Below, in pieces: positions 1 to 8,711 of a stretch of 64,000 bases of DNA. The DNA comes from Phycisphaerae bacterium. GTDB lineage: Bacteria; Planctomycetota; Phycisphaerae; Sedimentisphaerales; Anaerobacaceae. The first letter of the stretch is position 1. Each line of letters starts with the position of its first letter. The notes beneath the pieces were generated by a model. That model was not told where the DNA came from and searched no databases. It was given only the letters and a program-made list of their open reading frames with translations. The stretch is taken from positions 46,187 to 110,186 of the forward strand of contig JAAYBV010000065.1 in assembly GCA_012744475.1 (NCBI GenBank), in the 5' to 3' direction. Position numbers and translations under genes: made by a program.

Positions 1-18
1 GACACGAATGCCGCGTCG

Positions 19-231
19 ATGCTTTGGCTGATCCCGCTGGTGGTGGCGATCGCGGTCGTGTACAAGGCGACCAAAGTGCATCAGATCCGAGCCCGAGCCT
101 TCGCGAAGGAAACAGCCCTGCTGATCGGCTCGATCATGGTGTTCGTCACGGTCGCGGCGTTGATTCTCTATGGCGTGGCCTGGCTGGTCACCGAGCAGCT
201 TCCCGCCATGGCCGGCGGATCGGCCTTTTAG
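19..231 (+). CDS. Small two-TM membrane protein, hypothetical (may start upstream of window)
   Basis: 70 aa ORF with two hydrophobic stretches; frame open to position 1; stop overlaps the rnc stop (convergent). Confidence 0.6.
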   Translation: MLWLIPLVVAIAVVYKATKVHQIRARAFAKETALLIGSIMVFVTVAALILYGVAWLVTEQLPAMAGGSAF

Positions 232-938
232 CCGCCGACCTGCTCGGCCGACCGCTGCAACACACCCAGCTCCACCAGCGCGTTGTACGCCGCCTTCTGC
301 TCGGCTTCTTTCTTGTTGGCCCCCCAGGCACTGGGGAAATGACGCTGGTCGATCACCACTTCCGATTCGAAGCACTTGTTGTGATCCGGCCCTTTCTCGT
401 CGAGCAACACGTACAACGGCGCGGCGCCGAACTGCTCCTGCGAGCATTGCTGCAGGAGGCTCTTGAAATTGCCGTGGGCCTCTTCGGAATCCACCTGCTC
501 GATGAGAGTCAGGAAGTTGCGCACGATCAGGTCGCGCGCCGCGTCGAATCCGCCGTCGATGTAGACGGCCGCGATAACCGCCTCCAGCAGGCCGGCCGCC
601 AGCGATGTGGGCAGCGCCTTGTTCGAGATCATACCCTTGCCGACGGTAAGGAACTTGGGCAATCCCAGGCGTTTCGCCACGCGGGCACACGTCCCGCGGG
701 AGACGAGCATGCTCTTCATCTTCGTCAGCTCGCCCTCGGCGTAGCGGCCGTACTTGTCGAACAGTGTCTCGCAGATTACGGTCGAAAGGATGGCGTCGCC
801 GAGGAATTCCAAACGCTCGTTGCTGTCGAGACGGCTGTCAACCGCGGAAGAGTGCATGAAGGCCCTCTGGATCAGGGCTTCGTTGGAGAACTCGTACCCG
901 AGAATCTGCTCGATCTGGTGCAGAACGTCTTTGTCCAT
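228..938 (-). CDS. rnc: Ribonuclease III
   Basis: RNase III signature SNERLEFLGDAIL plus C-terminal dsRBD (EGPDHNKCF...GANKKEAEQKAA). Confidence 0.97.
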   Translation of the reverse strand: MDKDVLHQIEQILGYEFSNEALIQRAFMHSSAVDSRLDSNERLEFLGDAILSTVICETLFDKYGRYAEGELTKMKSMLVSRGTCARVAKRLGLPKFLTVGKGMISNKALPTSLAAGLLEAVIAAVYIDGGFDAARDLIVRNFLTLIEQVDSEEAHGNFKSLLQQCSQEQFGAAPLYVLLDEKGPDHNKCFESEVVIDQRHFPSAWGANKKEAEQKAAYNALVELGVLQRSAEQVGG

Positions 939-1132
939 GTGGCATCATCCCGCCGCATGGCGCATGCCGCCACGGCGGGCGCAAGTGCCCTTCTATGAGC
1001 ATCCTGCGAGCAGATGACGAATACCGTTCACGTGAACGGCCTTCGTGACCCGCTCCACAGGGCAGCAAACCTGTCGGTCTTCTGCGATGGTCGCACGCGG
1101 CGCCCTATGGCTCGGTGGTCACTGATCCGGGG

Positions 1133-1474
1133 CTACCCGACCATTTGCAGGCTGGCCAGAGCCACGAATTTATCGTCCACGATTTCAAAGATGCCGTCAA
1201 GCCCTGTGATCGTGAAAATGCCCTTCGTCGCCGGCGCCACGCTGCAGAAAACCAGCCGGTGCCCGCAGTCGCCGACGAGCTTCCGCAGCTTGAGCAGCTT
1301 GGACAGGCTGGAAGACGTGATGATGTCGACCTCGGAAAAATCGATAACCACTTCGCAGTCCCCACGATCGCGGACCGCTTCGGTAACTGTCTTGAGTTCG
1401 TCACCCAGCTCAGGCTCCTGAGGCAGATCGACGAGAATGATTTCCTCCGACCAGTTCTGAATCCCCATGTTCAA
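1133..1474 (-). CDS. STAS-domain anti-sigma factor antagonist
   Basis: 113 aa; VVIDFSEVDIITSSSLSKL phosphorylatable-Ser motif; IFTITGLD tail; AAGGAG RBS. Confidence 0.88.
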   Translation of the reverse strand: MNMGIQNWSEEIILVDLPQEPELGDELKTVTEAVRDRGDCEVVIDFSEVDIITSSSLSKLLKLRKLVGDCGHRLVFCSVAPATKGIFTITGLDGIFEIVDDKFVALASLQMVG

Positions 1475-1513
1475 TCTCCTTTAGTGTTACGGTGCCTTCG
1501 ATACTCACCCGTA

Positions 1514-1540
1514 TTATCGGCGCACAGACAGGGGGCATTA
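1514..1540 (-). promoter_or_regulatory. Sigma28 (FliA/SigD)-like promoter for the STAS gene
   Basis: Minus strand TAAT-N15-GCCGATAA versus consensus TAAA-N15-GCCGATAA. Confidence 0.5.
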
Positions 1541-1688
1541 ACGAAAAACTCAGGCATTCGGCTCGCCGGCGGCAGCACCCGATAATAGGCCCGGCGCCGT
1601 GGGGCGGCGTTCAAGGCGGGGCGATTTCCCAGGAATTTCGCAGTGCGCCGGCGAGGCCGTCTGGCCGGTGGCAGCAGCCGGGAGGCGG

Positions 1689-3218
1689 TCAGAGCTTTCG
1701 GTCCAGCTTCCGATAACTGATGGCTTCACTGATGTGTTCGGCCCGGATGTCGGGGACGCCGTCGAGATCGGCGATGGTCCGGGCCACCTTGCAGATCTTG
1801 TCGTGGGCCCGGGCGCTGAGGCCCAGCTCGACCATGGCGACCTTGAGCATCATCTCGCCGGCCTCATCGAGCCTGCAGAACGCCTCCAGTTGCTTGTGGT
1901 TCATTCGGGCGTTGGTCATGGCGCGTCCGTCGCCAAACCGTCGTGTCTGGATTTCCCGGGCGGCGATCACGCGACTTCGCAGGGCCTGCGAGTCGATCTG
2001 CCTGGCCCTGGAACGGAGCTTGCCGAAGGCCACCGCCGGAACGTCGATGTGAATGTCGATCCGGTCGACCAAAGGTCCGGAAACCTTGGCCAGATATTTG
2101 ACGATCTGGCTCGGCGTGCACTTGCAGGCCCTCAGTGTGCTGCCGAAATAGCCGCACGGGCATGGATTCATCGCCGCGACCAGCATGAACTGGGCCGGGA
2201 ACTGGATCGTCCGCTTGGCCCGCGAGACGATCACGAAGCCGTCCTCCAGCGGCTGGCGGATCATTTCGAGCACGTGCCGGGGGAACTCGACGAATTCGTC
2301 GAGAAAGAGGATTCCATAGTGGGCCAGCGACAGTTCGCCCGCGCGGGGCGAGGAACCCCCGCCGATCAGGGCTGGACCGCTCGCCGAGTGGTGCGGCGTC
2401 CGGACCGGACGCGTCGCCATCAGCGCCTGGTCCTTCCTCAGCAGACCGACCGCCGAGTAGATGCGTGTGGTCTCCAGGCTCTCGGTCAGGCTCAGCGCAG
2501 GCAGGATCGTCGCCAGACGCTGCGAGAGCATGGTCTTACCGGCGCCGGGCGGGCCGATCATCATGATGTTGTGGGCCCCTGCCGCGGCAACGGTCAAAGC
2601 CCGCTTGACGGTTTCCTGCCCTTTGACGTCGGAGAAATCGACTTCGTAGTGAGATGCGACGTCGAACAGTGCGTCGATGTCGGTGACCGTCGGCTCCAGG
2701 GGCAGTTGCTCGGACAGGAACCCGACCGCCTGGGAGAGCGAGCCGACGCCGAAGACCTCGATCTCCTGCACGACGCCGGCCTCCTGGGCGTTCTCAATGG
2801 GCACAATCATACGTCGGAAACCGTGAGCCGCCGACGTCATGGCCATGCTCAGGACCCCGTTGACCGGGCGGACCCGGCCGTCCAGGGCCAGCTCCCCCAC
2901 GACGACCGCATCTCGAATGACCGGGCCGGGAAGAACCCCCTCGCCGATGAGCATGCCCAAGGCGATGGGTAGATCGAAGGCGGGTCCGGCCTTCTTCACG
3001 TCGGCCGGAGCCAGATTCACGATCGACTGCGTCTTGGGGTACGGGTAGCCGCAGTTGACGATCGCGCTACGAACCCGCTCGGCGCTCTCCTTCACGGCCG
3101 CATCGGGAAGACCGACGATGATCGGCTTCTCCAAGCTGCGACGGGCGATGTCCACCTCCACCTCGCAGAGAACCCCCTCGATCCCTTCGAGGGTCACACT
3201 GTGCAGCCTCGCCAGCAT
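1689..3218 (-). CDS. yifB: YifB/ComM family Mg-chelatase-like AAA+ ATPase
   Basis: N-terminal Lon-like domain (IVGLPDAAVKESAERV), Walker A GPPGAGKT, LFLDEF, AAMNPCPCG, ELGLSARAHDKI. Confidence 0.95.
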   Translation of the reverse strand: MLARLHSVTLEGIEGVLCEVEVDIARRSLEKPIIVGLPDAAVKESAERVRSAIVNCGYPYPKTQSIVNLAPADVKKAGPAFDLPIALGMLIGEGVLPGPVIRDAVVVGELALDGRVRPVNGVLSMAMTSAAHGFRRMIVPIENAQEAGVVQEIEVFGVGSLSQAVGFLSEQLPLEPTVTDIDALFDVASHYEVDFSDVKGQETVKRALTVAAAGAHNIMMIGPPGAGKTMLSQRLATILPALSLTESLETTRIYSAVGLLRKDQALMATRPVRTPHHSASGPALIGGGSSPRAGELSLAHYGILFLDEFVEFPRHVLEMIRQPLEDGFVIVSRAKRTIQFPAQFMLVAAMNPCPCGYFGSTLRACKCTPSQIVKYLAKVSGPLVDRIDIHIDVPAVAFGKLRSRARQIDSQALRSRVIAAREIQTRRFGDGRAMTNARMNHKQLEAFCRLDEAGEMMLKVAMVELGLSARAHDKICKVARTIADLDGVPDIRAEHISEAISYRKLDRKL

Positions 3219-3254
3219 CGGCTTCCTTCAATCGATTCCGCACTGAAAACGTTG

Positions 3255-3283
3255 ATTTTACGCCATCCTGCCCATTTTGACAA
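3255..3283 (-). promoter_or_regulatory. Sigma70-type promoter for yifB
   Basis: Minus strand TTGTCA-N17-TAAAAT. Confidence 0.6.
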
Positions 3284-3573
3284 GGGGAATCTATTCCCCC
3301 TCTGACGGTCGAGAGAAGATGACATATCGCGAGCGCCACGCGGGCCTTGCCAGTCGGATACTAAGGGATCAAATAGGAGCCGTCCCCAACACCCGAATTG
3401 ATCCCGCCGCGCATCTTGTCTATCCTATGGGGACGGTGCCTGTGAGGAAGACATGATTGGAGACGTTTCGACAACTCCGCGAACGAGTTCGGTGCACCTA
3501 TGTCACAGCGGTCCATAAAAGAGACGGCTATCGGATGATTCCACGCAGCAACCCTACAGCAATGGAGGTTTTC

Positions 3574-4407
3574 ATGCTTCCCGTCAATCTCAAAGGAACT
3601 CGGCTTCCAGCGTTGGAACGAAATGTGCTCAAATACCGGGCACTTGAGATGGTGATGGTCCTGTTCCGAGTTGAGGAACTGAAGCGCTTTGTGCTCGATA
3701 CGATTCGCACGACAGATAGATCGCGCAAGAGATTCGACACGACGACCAAGGAGAGAATCCCGCTGAACGCCGCGAAGGTGTACAAGAAGGCATGGGCAGC
3801 GCTTGTGGCTGATGGGATCCTTACTCAGAGTGAGAGCAACGAGGTCCAAAGTCTTGTTGACTACAGGAACACTATCGCACACCGAATCCAATTGCTCACT
3901 GTCGATATCAACGGCGATCGTTCTGCGCGCGATCTCCAAAAGTTCTGGGGGGGCAAGTACGACTATGAAGCACTGAAGAAGCTCAGACACTATCACGCCA
4001 AGATAGAACGAGGGTTTCTATCCAAAGCCTATGTCTTCCTGGCGACACTCGAGGGTATTGGTTTTGAGGCAGCAGAGAAAACGTATGAAGACGAATTGCG
4101 TCGCCTGGGCCGGAAGATCGATCGGCAGCTTGCAGTGCGCAGGGGAGAGATAGAGAAGTTCAATGCTGAAATGTCTGGAGAAGATCGCGAATTCCTGGAA
4201 CATGTGGAACCTTACCATCCTGAGAATATTGCCCCGAATGGAACGCTTACCGAACGTGGAGTGGAAACATGCTATCGTCTTTTTGACCATAACAAGAGCA
4301 TCTCGGCGGTCGCGCATCTGATGAGGATCTCGTATCGTGCCGCCGCAAGACGCCATCGAGCTTGGGAGAAGGAGGGTGGGCACGCAAGGCACCGTGAAGA
4401 ACGCTGA
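3574..4407 (+). CDS. Hypothetical protein with HEPN-like RxxxxH motif and C-terminal HTH; low-GC gene
   Basis: GGAGG RBS before ATG 3574 (frame open from 3457); DYRNTIAH at 3865-3882; C-terminal KSISAVAHLMRISYRAAARR; about 50-53% GC in sampled lines. Confidence 0.65.
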   Translation: MLPVNLKGTRLPALERNVLKYRALEMVMVLFRVEELKRFVLDTIRTTDRSRKRFDTTTKERIPLNAAKVYKKAWAALVADGILTQSESNEVQSLVDYRNTIAHRIQLLTVDINGDRSARDLQKFWGGKYDYEALKKLRHYHAKIERGFLSKAYVFLATLEGIGFEAAEKTYEDELRRLGRKIDRQLAVRRGEIEKFNAEMSGEDREFLEHVEPYHPENIAPNGTLTERGVETCYRLFDHNKSISAVAHLMRISYRAAARRHRAWEKEGGHARHREER

Positions 4408-4444
4408 ACCAAGCGGGTATAGACGACCCCGCCAATGCCAGTTC

Positions 4445-5245
4445 TCAATCGACACGGCGGGCGAGGGTGCGGGAGAGGGCGGCGAGGGCGAAGAGGAGGG
4501 TGCTGGTCAGGACGATGCAGGCGCCGGTGGGGAGGTTGAGGTAGTAGGAGGCGATGAAGCCGCCGACGGCGCTGAGGACGCCGAAGAGGGTGGATGCCAC
4601 AACGACGGCGCGGTGGCCTCGGCAGATCTGATAGGCCGCAGCAGCAGGGTTCGTGATCAGGCTGAAGATCATCAGTCCCCCCACCAGCGGGAGATTGACC
4701 GCCAGGACGATTCCCGCCAGACCCAGGAACAGGGCGTAGACGAAGGTCTCGTGCACGCCGGTGGCCGACGCGATGGTCCGGCTGAACAGCAGAACCTTCA
4801 GCTCCTTGTTGAAGACCAGCGCGAAGACTGCGAACACGACCGCCGCGACAGCGATCACTACGACGCTACCGGCGCGAACAAACAGGATGCTGCCCCAGAG
4901 CAAGCCGAGAATCTCGGAGCGGCTGCCCTGCACCAAGCCGATGCCGAGGAACGTCAGGCCCAGCATCAGCGAGAACAGGATGGCCAGCGCCACGTTCGGA
5001 TCGAGCCGCGAGCGTCCCGGCCGAATGCCGGCCAGACACATCGAGGCCAGAGACGAGACCACCACCGGCCCGACCGTCGGGTCCAGGCCCACCAGATGGG
5101 CATACACCGAGCCCGCCATCGCGGTGTGCGAGATGAAGATGCCGATGAAAGCCAGGCGCAGCGCGACGAGATAGACGCCAAGCAAGCCGCAACTGGCGCC
5201 GGCAATCGCCCCCGCCACTATCACTAAGTAGAAGAATGGGTCCAT
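4445..5245 (-). CDS. Metal ABC transporter permease (ZnuB/MntB family)
   Basis: Multi-TM; AFIGIFISHTAMAG, LLGLLWGSIL, VGGLMIFSLITNPAAAA; start set at MDPFF. Confidence 0.88.
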   Translation of the reverse strand: MDPFFYLVIVAGAIAGASCGLLGVYLVALRLAFIGIFISHTAMAGSVYAHLVGLDPTVGPVVVSSLASMCLAGIRPGRSRLDPNVALAILFSLMLGLTFLGIGLVQGSRSEILGLLWGSILFVRAGSVVVIAVAAVVFAVFALVFNKELKVLLFSRTIASATGVHETFVYALFLGLAGIVLAVNLPLVGGLMIFSLITNPAAAAYQICRGHRAVVVASTLFGVLSAVGGFIASYYLNLPTGACIVLTSTLLFALAALSRTLARRVD

Positions 5246-5302
5246 ATCCGATTCCATCGCATCATATCTGGCCTGTTGGAGAGAATCCCCCCGCCGAAAC
5301 AA

Positions 5303-5430
5303 GCTTGTCACCCCGAGCGAAACGAAGTGCAGTCGAGGGGTCTGGCCATAGGCGATACACGCCGCTCGTTCGCAGCCAGATTCCTCCGCTACGGCCTGCC
5401 TTCAGCAGTCCTCCGGTCGGAATGACAAGC
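5303..5430. repeat. REP/MITE-like palindromic element
   Basis: Terminal IR GCTTGTCA(5303-5310)/TGACAAGC(5423-5430), extending imperfectly inward; inner TCTGGC/GCCAGA arms. Confidence 0.7.
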
Positions 5431-5483
5431 CTGTGGTGATGGCAGGATGCAACGCATGAATCAGTCGGCACTCGCATCACCAT

Positions 5484-6275
5484 TCAAACTCCACCGACCG
5501 TGTATCGGCGTCCGCCGATCAACACAGTCTGGAAATCGCCGGGGTAGGCCTTCCGCAGCACCTGTGGCGAGAGAACCTCATCGGCACCTCCATCGGCGAC
5601 GATGCGTCCGTCGGCCATCAGCACGATCCGCTCGCACGCCGGCGGCAGCACGCTCGTCTCGTGTGAGACCATCAACACCGTGACGTGCGTTTCACGATAG
5701 AGTTGTTCGATCATCCCGGAAATCTGCTGTTTCCAGTAGAAATCGAGATTCGCGCAGGGTTCGTCCAACATGAGCAGTTCGGGGTCCTGCGTCATCGCGC
5801 GGGCGATCAGGGCCTTCTGCTGTTGCCCACCCGAGAGACTGCGGAACGTCTGGTTCCGCCGGTCCGACAGGCCCAGTCTGTCGATCCACTCGTCGACGAT
5901 CGCGTAATCCTGTCTGCTCAGGCGACTCAACAGCGAACGGACGCTGGTCCGCCCCATCGCAATGATTTCGCGCAGCGTGAACGGCAGCTCGGCGTTGTAC
6001 TCGGTCGATTGCGGAATGTAGCCGATGCGCTGGCGGAGACCACACTTTCGCCAGGAACTCAACCGGACCAGGTCCACATCGTCGATGCGCACCTGCCCTC
6101 GGGTCGGCCCGATCAGTCCGGCACAGATCTTCAACAGAGTGGTCTTTCCGGCACCGTTGGTCCCCAGGATGCCGACGAAGGAGCCCGCCGGGATGGTGAG
6201 GCCGTCGATCTGTAAGATCGTCCGCCCCGCCCGGCGTACGTCGATGCCGGAAAGACCCACCGAACCGGCCGTCAT
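5484..6275 (-). CDS. Metal ABC transporter ATP-binding protein (ZnuC family)
   Basis: Walker A GTNGAGKT, signature LSGGQQQ, LMLDEP, H-loop VSHE. Confidence 0.92.
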   Translation of the reverse strand: MTAGSVGLSGIDVRRAGRTILQIDGLTIPAGSFVGILGTNGAGKTTLLKICAGLIGPTRGQVRIDDVDLVRLSSWRKCGLRQRIGYIPQSTEYNAELPFTLREIIAMGRTSVRSLLSRLSRQDYAIVDEWIDRLGLSDRRNQTFRSLSGGQQQKALIARAMTQDPELLMLDEPCANLDFYWKQQISGMIEQLYRETHVTVLMVSHETSVLPPACERIVLMADGRIVADGGADEVLSPQVLRKAYPGDFQTVLIGGRRYTVGGV

Positions 6276-7111
6276 GGCGTGACCGCCGCGATCAGACCTT
6301 GCACGTTGTCACGCAACAGCCGGTCGAAACCCATCGCCTTATCCGCCTGCGACGGGAAATTGCTGAACACCACGGCCTTGGCTCCCAGGCGGTCCGCCAA
6401 GGCTCCGGCCAACGCGGTTCCCTCCTGCTGATTGGCGACGACGAAACGAATCTGCTGGCCAGCCGCCTGCCTGAGGCAGTGGTCGATATTGGAGACCATC
6501 TCGATGTCGCTGCCGACAAAGGTCGCGACGACTTCCAGACCAAGCCACTCGGCGAACTTGGCCTGATGGTTCGACGCGAGCACCTTCGCGCCGGTCGCCG
6601 CCGCCGATGCGATGGATGTCCGCAACTCATCGCCTAAGGCCGCCAAATGGTGCTCGACAGCACCGAGGCGTGTTTGGAACTCAGCCGCTCGATCGGGGTA
6701 CGCGTTCGAGAGCAGCGCTTCCACCTCGCGGCAGGTCGAGAGGTAGGCATCGGGGACGCATAGTCCAGGCAGTCCCGTGACCATGTGCGTCTGGAGACCG
6801 TTGGTCTTAAGACGCGTCAGATTCGCCTCGACCTTCTGCTGAAAATCGAACAACAGCAACACGCGACAGCGGCCAAGCTCGCGGACCTGGGCGGGCGAAA
6901 TGTCGAAGTGCCCCGGGCACATCCCTGGCGGCGCCAGAGACATGACAGGTGCATCGGGCCCGCAGAGGTCTCGCACCACTGCCTCCAAATAGGAGTTCGT
7001 CACCGCGATTTGGGGCGTCTCGACCGCCGCGGAGCCCTCCCGGCACCCCCCTGCCGTCAACAGCATCGGAAGAAGAACCGCCAACAAAACCGCAAGGCCG
7101 AATGCTTTCAT
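6272..7111 (-). CDS. Metal ABC transporter substrate-binding protein (ZnuA/TroA-like), probable lipoprotein
   Basis: Signal ending TAGGC; LAPPGMCPGHFDISP resembles the DPHxY loop; operonic with ZnuB/C-like genes. Confidence 0.8.
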   Translation of the reverse strand: MKAFGLAVLLAVLLPMLLTAGGCREGSAAVETPQIAVTNSYLEAVVRDLCGPDAPVMSLAPPGMCPGHFDISPAQVRELGRCRVLLLFDFQQKVEANLTRLKTNGLQTHMVTGLPGLCVPDAYLSTCREVEALLSNAYPDRAAEFQTRLGAVEHHLAALGDELRTSIASAAATGAKVLASNHQAKFAEWLGLEVVATFVGSDIEMVSNIDHCLRQAAGQQIRFVVANQQEGTALAGALADRLGAKAVVFSNFPSQADKAMGFDRLLRDNVQGLIAAVTP

Positions 7112-7118
7112 CTGTCGT

Positions 7119-7757
7119 CTATCTCTCGAACGAACCGATCTGATTGCCGGTGCGGAGGCGCAGCCGCGTGATGACGCCCTGGCCCGTCTGCGGGCCGAAC
7201 CACGTCGCGCGAGGCACCGGGTAGTTCAGCTTCCGCATCCGCGCATCGTCGAAGTTCGGACCCTGGCTGTACAACACCCAACTGACCGGCGAGGTCTTCG
7301 GATCGCTGTAGGTCCGTCCCTCTTCCTGCTCGTTGTCGGCGAAGCCGTCGGGGACCCAGAGATACGCGCCGTCATCCACGACGTAGGTGCGGTTGTAGAT
7401 CAGGGTCCCGACGGATCGGTACTTGTAGGTGTAGCCCCGGTTGAAACGGTCCTCGATGCCCGTCGAAAGAAACGTCTCCGGCGGCGGCGCCGGCAGATAG
7501 CCCGCCTGCGTCAATTCGAGCGGAAGCTGGTAGAAATGCTCGCCCAGCATGCAGTCCACCCGCGTGGGCGGATACTTGCTGTCGTGGTCGAACGAATAGG
7601 CTTCGAGCGCCAGGCCGATGTCACGCAATTCCGCGTTGACGGTGAGCACCTTCGCCTGGAGACGGGCCCGCCCCGTCACGGGCAGCAGAATCCCCATCAG
7701 CGTCGCGGTGACGGCGACAACCACCAGCACTTCAATCAGCGTGAAAGCCCGTTTCAA
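7119..7757 (-). CDS. Prepilin-type N-terminal cleavage/methylation domain protein
   Basis: MKRA|FTLIEVLVVVAV...ILLPVTGRARLQAK; C-terminal WVLYSQGPNF; TTG start. Confidence 0.85.
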   Translation of the reverse strand: MKRAFTLIEVLVVVAVTATLMGILLPVTGRARLQAKVLTVNAELRDIGLALEAYSFDHDSKYPPTRVDCMLGEHFYQLPLELTQAGYLPAPPPETFLSTGIEDRFNRGYTYKYRSVGTLIYNRTYVVDDGAYLWVPDGFADNEQEEGRTYSDPKTSPVSWVLYSQGPNFDDARMRKLNYPVPRATWFGPQTGQGVITRLRLRTGNQIGSFER

Positions 7758-7775
7758 TGCATTCCCTTCACCAAC

Positions 7776-8711
7776 TCACTGCTCCAGTACCGGTTGTTCT
7801 TCGACGGGTTCCTCGACAACCTCGTCGGCCCGCCGATGATCCGGAGCGGCCAGAACCTCGCCGTTGCCGTCATAGTTCAACACGAGAAGGCGATAGCCAT
7901 CGACCAGCGCGGTACTCTCCTGATCGAGGATACCGATGACATCGATGACCTCGTTCAGATTGTATGAACCAGCGTAGATCCCCGTGCCACGTCCGAGCCA
8001 GACCGGCAGCGTCTTTACGCCGTCGGTGATCGTCAGTTCGCCATACGGGCCCCAGCCGTTCGGATCCGCGATGCTGACGCCTTCGATCTTGATCAGACGG
8101 GACTGATAGCGCTCACCACCGACCAGACGCGCCGGATCGAAGATGAACTGGTCTTGATCGTCCTTGAGATCGTCCAGCGTCACTACCTCTGGCTTGGGCA
8201 GTCCGACGCCCTTCTGGATAAGCTCGATCGTGAAATCGTGGTCGGGATTGTCATTGTGCTGTTCGTTGATGTTGGTCTTGCCCTTGTACGACAGGAAGTA
8301 GCCGGTGGCGCGGATACGGTCACCGACGCTGAACTGGGCGGCGTTGAGCCGTGTCAGTTCCGCCACCCACTCTTCGTTTGAGTAGCCCCCGTCCGGCGAG
8401 ATCCAGGGCAGATTGCTGTACATCTGACCCATGTAGAGCGCGGTTCCAGCAAGGTCGTCGCCCTCCCCCTGGAAGAAGAGCTGCCACTGGCCGACAATGT
8501 TGTACATCTGTACGTTGGCGTCATCCGGCGTCGGGTCCAGCATGTCGGCCGGATTGTTCAGTACGATACCTTCGAGCGTCACCGTTTGTGCAGCCGTATA
8601 CGTCGACTCCCCCGCCGCGTTGACGGCCTGGAACTCCGTGTGCGTTGCCGCCCACAGTGAACCCGCCAGAGCCAATCCGATCAGCGCGCCAACCACCCAT
8701 GCATTTCTCAT
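7776..8711 (-). CDS. Secreted hypothetical protein (beta-rich, possible OB-fold repeats, acidic tail)
   Basis: GGAGG RBS, signal peptide MRNAWVVGALIGLALAGSLWA; motifs SVGDRIRATG and VIDVIGILDQE. Confidence 0.75.
   Translation of the reverse strand: MRNAWVVGALIGLALAGSLWAATHTEFQAVNAAGESTYTAAQTVTLEGIVLNNPADMLDPTPDDANVQMYNIVGQWQLFFQGEGDDLAGTALYMGQMYSNLPWISPDGGYSNEEWVAELTRLNAAQFSVGDRIRATGYFLSYKGKTNINEQHNDNPDHDFTIELIQKGVGLPKPEVVTLDDLKDDQDQFIFDPARLVGGERYQSRLIKIEGVSIADPNGWGPYGELTITDGVKTLPVWLGRGTGIYAGSYNLNEVIDVIGILDQESTALVDGYRLLVLNYDGNGEVLAAPDHRRADEVVEEPVEEQPVLEQ

Noticed and set aside
1599-2972. Long antisense or alternate-frame ORFs (also 21517-23256, 41758-43464, 57495-59198, 59047-60858 and many others)
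   Set aside because: Shadow ORFs opposite well-supported genes, expected at high GC; no motifs or RBS
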